Of a DNA stretch of 64,000 nt, positions 1 through 10,800 are shown one piece after another. The stretch is from NCBI RefSeq assembly GCF_036321535.1, contig NC_087439.1:82150001-82214000 (forward strand), written 5' to 3'. The stretch is from Camelus dromedarius. Its lineage: Eukaryota. The notes under the pieces are model-generated. The model ran no database searches. It was given only the letters and a program-made list of their open reading frames with translations, and was not told where the DNA came from. The translations under genes were made by a program, and so were the position numbers. The first letter of the stretch is position 1; every line of letters begins with the position of its first letter.

Positions 1-238
1 CAAGCATCTTCAATAATCAGTGAAAGAAAAAGATAGTTCTGCACACAGTGAGTGCCTGGCGAAAGTGCTCACCCCAAATAAAATTCTCAAAATCCCCACA
101 TCTGGGAAGAGATGCCCTTTCACACGGCTCCCTGCAGGCAGCACCAGCTCGCCCCATACGCACACACATCCTCCCCTCCCTCAGTGGGGAGTGAGCCAGG
201 ATCCCGCAGACCTATGGCTGTCTTTGCTCTCCCTCCAG

Positions 239-355
239 ACTTTCCCCCGGTCTTTCATATCAAACTCAAGGACCAGGTGCTGCTGGAGGGAGAGGCAGCC
301 ACCCTGCTCTGCCTGCCAGCGGCCTGCCCTGCACCCCACATCTCCTGGATGAAAG
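239..355 (+). CDS. SPEG: SPEG exon (Ig, [13 protein letters not shown]...WMK)
   Basis: ccag/AC ... AAAG/gtaag. Confidence 0.93.
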
Positions 356-3300
356 GTAAGCCCATTTCTCCTCAAGAGAGATGGGTAGACAAGTTTGGCC
401 CCAAGGCCCGGGGATGTTCAGTGGGAAGTAGCAACCGAGGGGCCCTGGAGGACGTGTGTTCTGCCTCACTCAGCAGCCCCTCCTGTTCCTCCTTTGCTCC
501 TAGACAAGCAGTCCCTGCGGTCAGAGCCCTCAGTGATCATCGTGTCCTGCAAAGACGGCCGGCAGCTGCTGAGCATCCCCCGGGCCAGCAAGAGGCATGC
601 TGGGCTCTATGAGTGCTCAGCCACCAATGTCCTAGGCAGCATCACCAGCTCCTGTACCATCTCTGTGGCCCGTGAGCCTGGGGCAGGGACCAAGGCGGGC
701 AGTGATGGGGAACAGTGGGGCAGGGCTTGATGGGCCCTGAGCTGGGCCCAGGGTTTCACTAGGGCTTTGCGTCTCTTGCCAGGTGTCCCAGGAAAGCTAG
801 CTCCTCCCGAGGTGCCCCAGACCTACCAAGACACGGCACTGGTGCTCTGGAAGCCAGGAGACAGTAGGGCACCATGCACGTACACGCTGGAGCGGCGGGT
901 GGATGGTGAGGGGCCAGCAGGCTGGTGGGGGGAGCAGAGGCAGGTGGAGGGTGGAGAAGCCGGGGAGACCTCACAGACAGCACTGGGAGCTTGGGCCACC
1001 CCTCTTGTGGCCTCAGCTCCTCCTCCATGCTGCCTGCAGGGGAGTCTTCCTGGCACCCCGTGAGCTCGGGCATCCCTGACTGTTACTACAACGTGGCCCA
1101 CCTGCCAGTCGGCATGACTGTGAGGTTCCGTGTGGCCTGTGCCAACCGTGCTGGGCAAGGGCCTTTCAGCAACCCTTCCGAGAAGGTCCTCGTCAGGGGC
1201 ATGCCAGGTCAGTGGGACAGGGTAGGGTGGTGGACAAAGAGGGCAGGGAACACTGAGCCCAGGGCACACCCCCTCCTCAGAGCACCTAGTTTTGCCCGTA
1301 GGGCACCATGGTGATGATTTTCTCTATCTCCACTCAGATTCCTCAGCTCTGCCATCTGCTGCTCACCGAGATGCCCCTGTTACCTCAGGGCCAGCCAGGG
1401 CCCCGCCTCCTGACTCTCCTACCTCACTGGCCCCCTCACCAAGCCCCTCCCCAGCTCCTGCTCCCCCAGGCCCCCAATCAGTCCCTCTCGGCCCCTCATC
1501 TTCCCCATCACCCCCCAGCCAAGCCTTGTCCTCACTCAAGGCTATGGGTCCACCACCCCAAACCCCCCCACGAAAGCACAGGGGCCTGCAGGCTGCCCAG
1601 CAAGTAGAGCCTATCCCAGCCAGTGCCCAGGTCTCCCCAAGTGAGCCCAAGTCTTCCGTCCCTGACACTGAGACCCCGACCCCAGCCTCCACCCCTCAAG
1701 GGGTAAAAGCAACATCTTCCTCAACTCCCTTGTATATGGTGACCTCCTTTGTGTCTGCACCACCAGCCCCCGAGCCCCCAGCCCCTGAGCCCCCTCCTGA
1801 GCCCACCAAGGTGACTGTGCGGAGCCTCAGTCCAGCCAAGGAGGTGGTCAGCTCCCCTGGAGGTGGTCCTCCTAGCTCTTCTAGGCCAGAGGGTACCACT
1901 CTGCGACAGGGCCTCCCTCAGAAACCCTACACCTTCCTGGAGGAGAAGGCCAGGCAAGTGGGGCCAGGGCTGGGAAAGGGAAGGAGGACAGAAGTGGGGA
2001 GTGGGTGGAACTTTGGCGACACAGGGATTCAGAGGGAAGACCAGCCTGCCTGGGCCTGGTGTGGGGGAGTGGGAGAAGGGGTGGGGCGAAGGCAGGAGGC
2101 ACAGAGATCTGGGTCCTTAGCACCATTAAGTTCAGATTTTCTTTGTGCCAGGCACCATGCTAAGCTCTTAGCTATTCGATCTCATTTAATTTTCACAACT
2201 GAGAGGGAGACACTGCATTATTCCATTTCACAGATGGGAAAACTGAGGTTAGAGAGGAGAGGTTATGGGATTTGCCTCAGGGACTAAGCCAGTAAGTGGC
2301 AGAGCTGGGACTCAAACCCAGGTTCCTAGGATTGAACTCCAGACCCCACACTGCATTCTTGCCCCCAGGGGATACCTGCTCCCCCTTGCTTAGCCCTCAC
2401 CATGGAGGTGTCTCCCTCTCTCCTCTGAGCCTGTGCTATCTCCACCCAACACCCAGGGGCCGCTTTGGAGTAGTGCGCGCCTGCCGGGAGAATGCCACTG
2501 GGCGAACATTCATGGCCAAGATCGTGCCCTATGCGGCCGAGGGCAAGCGGCGGGTCCTGCAGGAGTATGAGGTGCTGCGGACACTGCACCACGAGCGGCT
2601 CATGTCGCTGCACGAGGCCTACATCACCCCGCGCTACCTCGTGCTCATCGCTGAGAGTTGCGGCAACCGGGAACTCCTCTGTGGGCTCAGTGACAGGTAC
2701 TGGGCCTTCTAGGGGAGCAGGGAGGGAGGGTGGGGAGAGCTGGGCTCGGATATCACCTGTTCCCTCCCCCACCTCTCCAGGTTCCGGTATTCAGAGGATG
2801 ACGTGGCCACCTACGTGGTGCAGCTGCTACAAGGCCTGGACTACCTCCATGGCCGCCACGTGCTGCACCTGGACATCAAGCCAGACAACCTGCTGCTGGC
2901 CCCTGACAACGCCCTCAAGATCGTGGACTTTGGCAGCGCCCAGCCCTACAACCCCCAGGCCCTGCGGCCCCTTGGCCACCGCACGGGCACACTGGAGTTC
3001 ATGGGTGAGGGCACCCTGCCAGCCAGGGTTGGGGTTGGGTCACTGCCAAAGGGGCAGCAACCAGGGCTTACCCCACTTCACTCACACGTGTGCCATTTAT
3101 ATGCAAGCACTGAATTAAGTCCTTTCCATGGATTTTAAAAAAATTTCTCTTTACAGTAACCGTTGAAACTGGCATATCACCCCCATTTTACAGATAAGGA
3201 AACAGAGGTGCATTGAGGTTAAGTATTTGTCTAACATCAGACAGTTATAAATGGTAGAGCCAGGTATTTGATAAAGCTGGAAAAACAGGAGAGTCAATTA

Positions 3301-4804
3301 TTAATTTCTATAAATCAGGGAAACCAGCTACCATTTAGCTACCTGCTAAATACTTTCTGTTTATTATCTCCATTCCTTAGAGTTATTCTGCAAGCCACAC
3401 TTTACAGATGAGGGGATGGAGAGCCAGGCAGGTCTAGTACATTGCCCAGGGTCCTGGAGCTAGAAGGGGCAGGCCTGGGATTAGAGCCAGCCAAGCTGAT
3501 TTCAAAGGGTCTTAATCTCATTGTTAGCCACGCTGTTTGGGAACTCTACTTTGGAGCTGATCTGAGGGACCTAGTGACCCTGGTTCTCAGCTCCTCTGCA
3601 GTTCTGGTGACCCCCAACTCCCCTTGCACCATTCAGTGCCCTACACCTCCCCAGGGGCCACTCTGCCCACTGGCATCCAGGGATTGCTATTCTGGTACTA
3701 CCCATGGTCTGGTGACCTGGGCATCCTGGTCCTCAAGCCCCTAGGGACCTCTTCTGCCCCTCCCTGCTCCCTTGCCATCAGGAAGCTGGTTCAATTTGGC
3801 CTCTTGTCTCCTGTCAGCTCCTGAGATGGTGAAGGGAGACCCCATCGGCTCTGCTACAGACATATGGGGAGTGGGTGTGCTGACGTACATCATGTGAGTG
3901 CCCCTGGGACCACCTTCTACCTGCACCCTCTCCCCCACCCACCTCCCTAGCCACACATGCATGTGCACACTGGTGCACACATACATACACACATGAGTGC
4001 CCAGGTGCGAGTAGCCTTGTCTCTGAGCTCCTCTGAGCTCTGTGTCCCTAAGAACCCCCACACTAATGTCCCCCTGGACCTGTAACCCTCAATTTGCATA
4101 TGTCAGTTGAACTGTCTCCACCGCAGGCTCAGTGGACGCTCCCCATTCTACGAGACAGACCCCCAGGAAACAGAGGCTCGCATTGTGGGGGGTCGATTTG
4201 ATGCCTTCCAGCTGTACCCCAACACGTCCCAGAGCGCCACCCTCTTCTTGCGAAAGGTCCTCTCAGTACATCCCTGGTGAGTGGGTCCCACACCTGCCAA
4301 CCTCTCAGCATGACCTGCCCCTGCCTAGCCCATGCCTAATAATACACTGTGGCTGCTGCTGCTACTACTACTACTATTACCGCTACTACTAAGTGGTTGT
4401 ACTACTACCATGTAAAGCCCGTAACAGTCCTGTGACATAGGCAGAATCACTGTCCCCATTCCAGAGATTGGGAAACTGAGCCCCAGAGTTGCCCAAGATC
4501 ACTTACCAGGGATGAATCCAGGATTGGGGCCCCCATCTCTGGGAGGGTGGGGCCCCGCCCTGGTCTGGGGCCCATCTCTCCTGGCTCACGGTCCCCGGCT
4601 TGGCCTGGCAGGAGCCGGCCCTCCCTGCAGGACTGTCTGGCCCATCCATGGCTGCAGGACGCCTACCTGATGAAGCTGCGCCGCCAGACGCTCACCTTCA
4701 CCACCAACAGGCTCAAGGAGTTCCTGGGTGAGCAGCGGCGCCGCCGGGCCGAGGCCGCCACCCGTCACAAGGTGCTGCTGCGCTCCTACCCAGGCAACCC
4801 CTAG
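239..4804 (+). CDS. SPEG: SPEG (striated muscle enriched protein kinase), 3' part: Ig, Fn3, Pro-rich linker, second Ser/Thr kinase domain
   Basis: join(239..355,504..671,783..905,1040..1207,1338..1953,2457..2696,2781..3004,3818..3893,4127..4276,4612..4804). Phases are consistent; kinase motifs [20 protein letters not shown]; C-terminus LLRSYPGNP*. The gene starts upstream of the window. Confidence 0.96.
504..671 (+). CDS. SPEG: SPEG exon (Ig, KQSLRSEP...[10 protein letters not shown])
   Basis: tag/AC ... GCCC/gtgag. Confidence 0.93.
783..905 (+). CDS. SPEG: SPEG exon (Fn3, first half)
   Basis: cag/GT ... GATG/gtgag. Confidence 0.92.
1040..1207 (+). CDS. SPEG: SPEG exon (Fn3, second half)
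   Basis: cag/GG ... CCAG/gtcagt; [16 protein letters not shown]. Confidence 0.92.
1338..1953 (+). CDS. SPEG: SPEG exon (Pro/Ser-rich linker to kinase start YTFLEEKAR)
   Basis: cag/AT ... CCAG/gcaagt (GC donor). Confidence 0.9.
2143..2350 (-). mobile_element. MIR SINE
   Basis: MIR core ccatttcacagatgggaaaactgagg...gggactcaaacccagg. Confidence 0.75.
2457..2696 (+). CDS. SPEG: SPEG exon (kinase N-lobe GRFGVVR)
   Basis: cag/GG ... ACAG/gtac. Confidence 0.94.
2781..3004 (+). CDS. SPEG: SPEG exon (catalytic loop and DFG)
   Basis: cag/GT ... ATGG/gtgag. Confidence 0.95.
3103..3270 (-). mobile_element. MIR SINE
   Basis: ccccattttacagataaggaaacagagg...ggttaagt core. Confidence 0.7.
3818..3893 (+). 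CDS. SPEG: SPEG exon (APE...DIWGVGV)
   Basis: cag/CT ... TCAT/gtgagt. Confidence 0.93.
4127..4276 (+). CDS. SPEG: SPEG exon (LSGRSPF...VHPW)
   Basis: cag/GC ... CCTG/gtgagt. Confidence 0.93.
4352..4408. repeat. Compound (CTG)/(CTA) trinucleotide microsatellite
   Basis: gctgctgctgctactactactactattaccgctactact, next to a MIR fragment. Confidence 0.75.
4612..4804 (+). CDS. SPEG: SPEG last coding exon
   Basis: cag/GA; [14 protein letters not shown]...GNP TAG. Confidence 0.94.
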
Positions 4805-5642
4805 CGGCTTGGACCACAGGCCGGCCTCGGGCTTTGACTCGGGGTTCCCGCTGATGCTGCGGGACATTCCAGGGCCCATGCTGAGCCGGGTGGGCCCGGG
4901 GCTTCCGACACCACCAGCAGCAACATCCGGCCAGGCTATTACCTCATGGACCTGCGGGGACAGAGACTCTGGGCTGTGGCCAATGCCACCGGGCCAGAGC
5001 CAGAGCGAGAGACCCGTTGGCCAGGCTGGGTGGGGTCAGGAGCAGGAAGAGGGGCAAGAAGGGGAAATGGGAGAGTGATAAGGAGAAGCTGAGAGACAGG
5101 GAGGGGGAGACTCGAGGAAGGTTCTGGGGGAGGGAGACAATGAATCTGGGGGAGAACCAACCCAGGAAGGTGTGAGTTGCTGGAGAGGAGAAAGGAGGAG
5201 CCCAGGGTGTCAACAGGCCATGGGCTGGGAGTGTCAGTGAAGCAGGGACAGGGCAAGGAGACAGGCCAAGGAGCCATAGCCAGTGTGTGAGAGAGGGCAG
5301 CAAGGTGGGGGAGGGAGAGGAGAGAGGACACAGGTCGGGGTGGGGTGGGCCAGCTGCCAGCATCCCCAGAAGGAGAAGGATGGAGGGCTAGAGGCTGGAG
5401 GTAGTGGTCACTCACGTGGCGCTCTCCTCCTTTCCCAGTGGATGCAGGTCTGGGCACTCTACTGGCCCAAAGATGTCCCCACTGCTCCTCTGTGGCCTTC
5501 ACCCTTCTTCCCATTCATATTTATTTATTTATTGACTTTTATGAAGTCTCCCTACCATCCAATCCCTAATGCCCATGTTGTCCTGACCATCCCCCCAGCC
5601 ATCCAGCTGTCTGTGCAGCTGTCTGTCTGTCTGTCACAAGGA

Positions 5643-5648
5643 AAATAA
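5643..5648 (+). terminator. SPEG poly(A) signal AATAAA
   Basis: First AATAAA after the stop codon, followed by GT-rich sequence. Confidence 0.75.
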
Positions 5649-7784
5649 AAATGGCAAGCAGCAGGACCTATGTGTGTAGTCTATGGGGAGGGGTGGCTGG
5701 GGGTACAGGGAGTGCTGGGACAGGGGCATTCCAGCCTTATCTGGGCCAGTGAGAGCCAAGGTATACCAGCTAGCCCCTTGGGACCTTCCTCCCCTGTCCC
5801 CGATCCTTCTGGTCCCTCACCTCTCCTTCATTCCTAGAGGGAAGAGAGACATTGGTCTGTTTCTCCCTCTGAAGTTTTTGGAATCCTGGCAGGACCACTG
5901 AATCCCCACCATCACCCTCTAACCAGTCTCTGGTGGCCCCCACCTCTTCTCACATGTTCCATCATCACAACTGGGAGGATGCTGGGCTCTGGAATGGACC
6001 AGCCCACACCCCAATCCTGGCTCAGCCTTCTTCATTCTGCTTGGGAGGCAGGCCAGCTCTGGTCCTAAGCCCTGGAGCAGAGGGGGTTTCATCATGATAG
6101 TAGGCAAGAGCAGGTGGTGTGAAGAGCTGTAAAGAAAACCAGGATTGGCCCATGTGTCCACGCTCTGTGTTAGAGAACCAATCAGGATACCCAGGGCACC
6201 AGCAACACAGGGCAGTTGTGAGTGCTCTGCTCCGCGTGTCTGCTGTGATGGAGCTGTAGACAAGTGTTTTCCTAGGTCCCAGGGACACTCAGTCTGAACC
6301 TTCTAATTCCCATAGCAAGCCGGGAGCGGGGAGGGGGCAGTGGGTGTTAAGGGACCTTGACTCTACCTGCCCTCCTGCAGTGCCACAGAATGGTCACTGG
6401 GTCCTAAAACTGAGCTGCCCTGCCTGGAAGTGTGGGGAAAGGGAGTTAGTTCTTGTGTCCAGAAGGACTGTTCCCCCTGCCCGTCTCCACCTTGAAAACT
6501 GTTCTTGGCAAAGTAAAAGGAATAAAGCTTTACGCCATGAGCAGAGGGAGCTGGTGCTGGTGTATTGCTGATCAAGGTTGAGGGCCGCTTGGTTGTAGCC
6601 CAAACAACCTTTGGCCCAGCCCAGCCCAGCCTCTCTGGCTTCTCAAGTCCCCAGAGAAGAGGCAAGCCCCATCATCAAAAAATAACAGGATATTAAAGCC
6701 AGTTGGAAGGGACCAGAGAGACATCTTTCCCACCTGCCATTTTAGCGATGAAGATATACAGTTTGCCTGTGAGAATCTCTAATCCCCTACACACTGCAAA
6801 TGTTTTCATATAAAAATGAGGTGCCTGAACTCATATCTTGATAAATGGTAAAATTCCTCTCCTGTCCCACCTCTGATCTTGAGCCTCATTCTCATCTCCA
6901 TTGGAAATGGCATGTGAACTGCTTGTTCCAAACCCAGAGGAGCAAAGGTAATTTATGTCAGCTGAGCCATGTCAAAATTGCTCTGATCAAAAGGTGACAG
7001 CGCTCTGCACCTTGGTGGGCAGTTACAGTGAATGGAAGGAAGTATTACCTGGTGCCCTAGCTTGGGCAGACTGGACTCCAGGTGAGTCCCAGAAGGGTTA
7101 ACTTAACCCCTTTACCCCAGGTGGTCTGATGCCCCTATGCACCAGTTTATGCCTGGAGAGGGAGCTTGGGCAGACCTAGAGTATTGGAGTCAGTGTTAGT
7201 GCCAATCTCCAGGGATAGTGTGGCCCAGCCAGACCCTACCATGTCACATGAAGGGGAGTGAGTGGGAATGGGGTGGCAGCAGGGGATGCTGTTCTCAAAA
7301 ATCTTTAAGGTCCTCTCTAGGTTTATCTCAGTTTACCATCAGGAGGCACAGTCTGGAAATGACAACCCTAGATTCCTGAGGTGGGGGAGAATAAAGGCAC
7401 TTTCAGATTGCCACATGGCCTTCTCATAATTAGTCCGGATGGACAGTGAAGCCCATTGCTACACTGGCTTCATTCAAGAACACCTCCACAAACACTCACA
7501 CCCCTTAACCGACTGTGTCCCAGGAAGGGCATGTTGTCCCAGTGTCCAGGGACTGACCTGAGTGTAAGCTGTCCCAGCAGGAAGCTGAATCTCTTGTCGA
7601 CTTGAGGCCTTGTCTGATCCTCCTGGCAGCAGGATGGATACTCCTTGCTCTAGGAAGGGATGGGGCCACTTTCAGCTGCCCAGCCGTCCCGGCACTGACA
7701 CGTGGTACACCCCAGAGCTTCTTGGATTACCCCCACCCCGGGATCTGCCTCAGTGGCTGAGCCAGCATCTCAGGCATCCTCAGT

Positions 7785-7995
7785 CTAAATAAAGAGACTG
7801 CTTGGGTTGGGGGCAGGGGCTGGGGTCCCCAGGGGCTTGGGGCAACCACATCAAACAAGGCAAGGAGGGGAGTGATGTATAAAGCCTGGGCCTGGAGCTA
7901 AATACCTGTCCATGATCCTGCTGTGCCATCTGGAAGGGCTCCGTGCCACCTGCTACCCAGTTAGTCGACCCAAGTCCTGAAGTTGACCCTTCACG
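7785..7995 (+). promoter_or_regulatory. SPEGNB promoter and non-coding first exon
   Basis: TATAAA 7878-7883; MEF2-like CTAAATAAAG 7785-7794 (1 mismatch); donor ACG/gtgagt at 7995/7996 matching the acceptor ccag at 8123-8124, directly before the ATG. Confidence 0.6.
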
Positions 7996-8124
7996 GTGAG
8001 TCTGGATCCTCAGGTCAGCCCTAGACACTCCCACTTCAGGGGATGTTCTGAACCTGCAGGGAAAAGGCTGAAGGTCAGAGTCCTGTGTTAGCCTAGACCC
8101 CCTTCTTTGTTTTCTGCTCCCCAG

Positions 8125-10031
8125 ATGTCCAAAGCAGCTCCTGCCAAAAAACCAGCGGCTGCAGCCCCGCCTCCGGGATGTCCCGTGGATATCAACGACC
8201 CCCAGGTCCAGAGCGTGGCCACTGGTATCAGGCCTCTTACCGCGGCCACAGGTGAGGGGGAGGCCTGAAGAACCCGCTTCCGGAGAAAGGGAACTGGAGC
8301 TGCAGAATGCTCATCCTTGCATTTAGGGGATGGAGGAGGGCCGAGCATAGTGTCATGTACCGCTAGGGTCACTGGACTTAGGAAAGAGCAATTACTGAGG
8401 TGTGGAAGGGTGGGCCACAGAGTAGATACTTTTATCAGGGTAACAATTTAGGAGTGGCTGCCCCTCCCCCATGTTTAAAGGTCTAGTGGCCGAGGGGACG
8501 GGCAGGGGACCATGTATGGATGTACAGAACTGCGGGCGGGTCAGAACTGAGTCGTGGGAGCTCTGGGCCCTGAACCCGCCTCCGGCTAGGTCCCGGAAGG
8601 CACTGCGCGGGAAGAGGCCGCCGCGTTTGCTGGAGCCGCTGAAGGATGTGGTGCTGATCGAGGGCAGCGCGGCCAAGCTGACTTACCGCTTCGGCTTTCC
8701 CGGACCCATTCATCCACTGGAGCAAGGATGGCAAGGAGCTGCGCGACGGGCCCAAGTATCGCTATGTCTTCGGAGACCCTGACGTAGTCACACTGGTGGT
8801 GAGCGATGGCGTGCTGGTAGACCTGGGGCAGTACAGCATTAACGTAACCAACCACTTTGGCCAGTGCTCCGACTTGGCGCGCATCCTCGTGGAAGGTACG
8901 CGCGCCTGGAGTACAGTGCCACCGCGCAGAACAGCACCACCCAGCAGGCGCGTAGCCGGGTCCAGCCGCGTTTACCGTCGGGCCTCACTGAGTTCGGACG
9001 CGGATGTGGCCCAGACCCAGCACAGCTTGAGACACAGACCAGGGTGCAGCGTAGGCCGCCCGTGGCCCTTTCCTACCCTAGGACCCTGTTCCATCCAGGT
9101 TAAGAAGTCCGCTATGGGCTTCAGTCACTAGACTCCAGGGCCCCAAGGTCACAGGGAGTCAGAGGCAGAGCCAGGTTTAGAGTTTTGGTCTTCCGGCTCC
9201 CTGCCCAGGGCGATTTCCAAATCACCGCGAGATGTGTGAATATTCTTGGGCTTTCACCCCGTAGTATCTCTTTTGCTCCTGGATTCAACTTGAGGGGCAG
9301 GATTAGTCCTGTTTGACAGTTGAGGAGTTGAAGCCCCAAAGAGGCTAAAGACTTGTCCAACGTCACACAGCCAGCCTAAATCCATTTCGTATTTAGAACC
9401 GACTATTAGCCGGGGAGTGATGCTCCTGCTCATCTTATCTCTCGGTGCCTCAGTGGGTCGCATTCCCTTTCCATTCCTCTAGTCCCGGCGAAGATTCAGA
9501 AGGGACCGAATGACACAAAGGCACACAAAGGCACCACGGTTACGCTGACTGCAGAGATCTTGGGCGCGCCTGCGCCGGAAGTGGGCTGGACCAAGGACGG
9601 CGAGGACATCGAGGAGGACGACAGGCGACGATGTGGACCTGCTGCAAGGATAGCGCCTGGAGCCAGAGCTTGGGCGGCACAGGGCCCAGAAACGCAGGAG
9701 TGGGACGGGGGCAGGAAAATGGGAGGCGAAGAACAGAGCTGGCTAATTAGTCCTGCCCAGGTCGCGCGTAAACTGATCCGAGGTCCTGCCATCCCCCTCT
9801 TCCCCGCTAGGGTTTTCTTCGGTATCAGCAGCACCACCACGACGCTGACCAGCCGCCGGGCCACGCCCGAAGACAGCGGCAAGTACGAAGTGTATGTGGA
9901 GAACAGCCTGAGCATGGACCAGAGCTTCGGTCTCGTGGATGTGGCCAGAAAGTGGCCCTCATACACTTCGCCCTGGCTTCAAGCTCTGGGGTCGTTGGGA
10001 CCGACAACCCTGCTTCATATTGCTTAATAAA
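8125..10031 (+). pseudogene. SPEGNB: SPEG neighbor (IQ motif + 2 Ig domains), inactivated unitary pseudogene
   Basis: Exon remnants 8125..8251, 8590..8895, 9483..9624, 9811..~9949 translate to MSKAAPAKKP..., LEPLKDVVLIEGSAAKLT, WSKDGKELRDGPKYRY, WTKDGEDIEEDDR, DSGKYEVYVEN. Lesions: -1 frameshift at ~8229, TGA at 8640-8642, -2 frameshift at ~8690, GC donor at 9625, former stop now AGA at 9947. AATAAA at 10026-10031. Confidence 0.85.
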
Positions 10032-10559
10032 GCTGCTCTCTCTGACACTCCGCGTCTGTTCTGTTCTTTTGAGACGCCATTTCCCCATGCTCTCGCACCC
10101 ACACTTATTCCAGATCAGCACGCCAAGGTCACAAACTGTTGGGGTCAGAATGTTTGGAGAATGCCTAATCCAATGCTTCGTTTTACATATAGTTAAATCT
10201 GAGATAGGATTTCTCTCACGATCATAAGTTTCTTCACTTCTCAAACGGGATAGCAGAGCCTTTGACTCTTCTTTTGTATACTTCAAGCCCCACCCTCTCC
10301 TGGGGCTTTGCACTCTGGCCCCGCCCACCTCAAGGCTGGCCACACCTCCTCAGGTCTCTAGCTTCGCTCTTCCCTGTGACCTGGTTCTCTACTTTGGCTG
10401 CTACCCCTGGGCCCTTTCCCATACAGCTCAAGATCCTAATCTTAAATTCCAACCTCTGCTTCTCAGGCCCTACCCTTCTCACTTAGAGTCGCCCCCTCGA
10501 CCCCTTGGCCACGCCCCCGTGCTCTCCCGTAAGTCCCACCTCCTCGCTCTTGGTTAGAA

Positions 10560-10800
10560 AGCGGGGAGGTATTAAGAACTACAGTTCCCGGCAGACTCCG
10601 CGAAGGAGGTCTCGCGAGTTGCGAGAAGACACGTGCGCGGAAGTAGCAAGCAGTAGCGGGCGACAGATCTGGCAAAAGAGAACTAGTGGTAAAGGGAGCT
10701 GATGGAGGGGTGGCGGAAGGGGTAGAGGGCAGGGGACGGCCGGTAGACAGAGGTGTGGCTCGGAGGTCCCGGGTGGTTTTTCGCACTTCCGCTCTTGTGT
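10560..10800 (+). promoter_or_regulatory. GMPPA CpG-island promoter
   Basis: CpG-rich. ACTACAGTTCCC 10578-10589 (ZNF143/THAP11-type), TCTCGCGAGT 10610-10619, CACGTG 10630-10635, ETS CGGAAGT 10638-10644 and ACTTCCG 10785-10791; candidate first-exon donor GTG/gtaaag at 10688/10689. Confidence 0.7.

Noticed and set aside
7095-7109. Palindrome GGGTTAA-C-TTAACCC resembling piggyBac ends
   Set aside because: Too short; no element body or matching distal terminal repeat was recognised.
8229-8691. SPEGNB -1 and -2 deletions sum to -3 and could be compensating frameshifts
   Set aside because: The shifted frame hits TGA at 8640-8642 before the second deletion.
9560-10027. 155-aa ORF as an independent Ig gene
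   Set aside because: It is SPEGNB exon 3, the retained intron and exon 4, starting at a TTG rather than an ATG.
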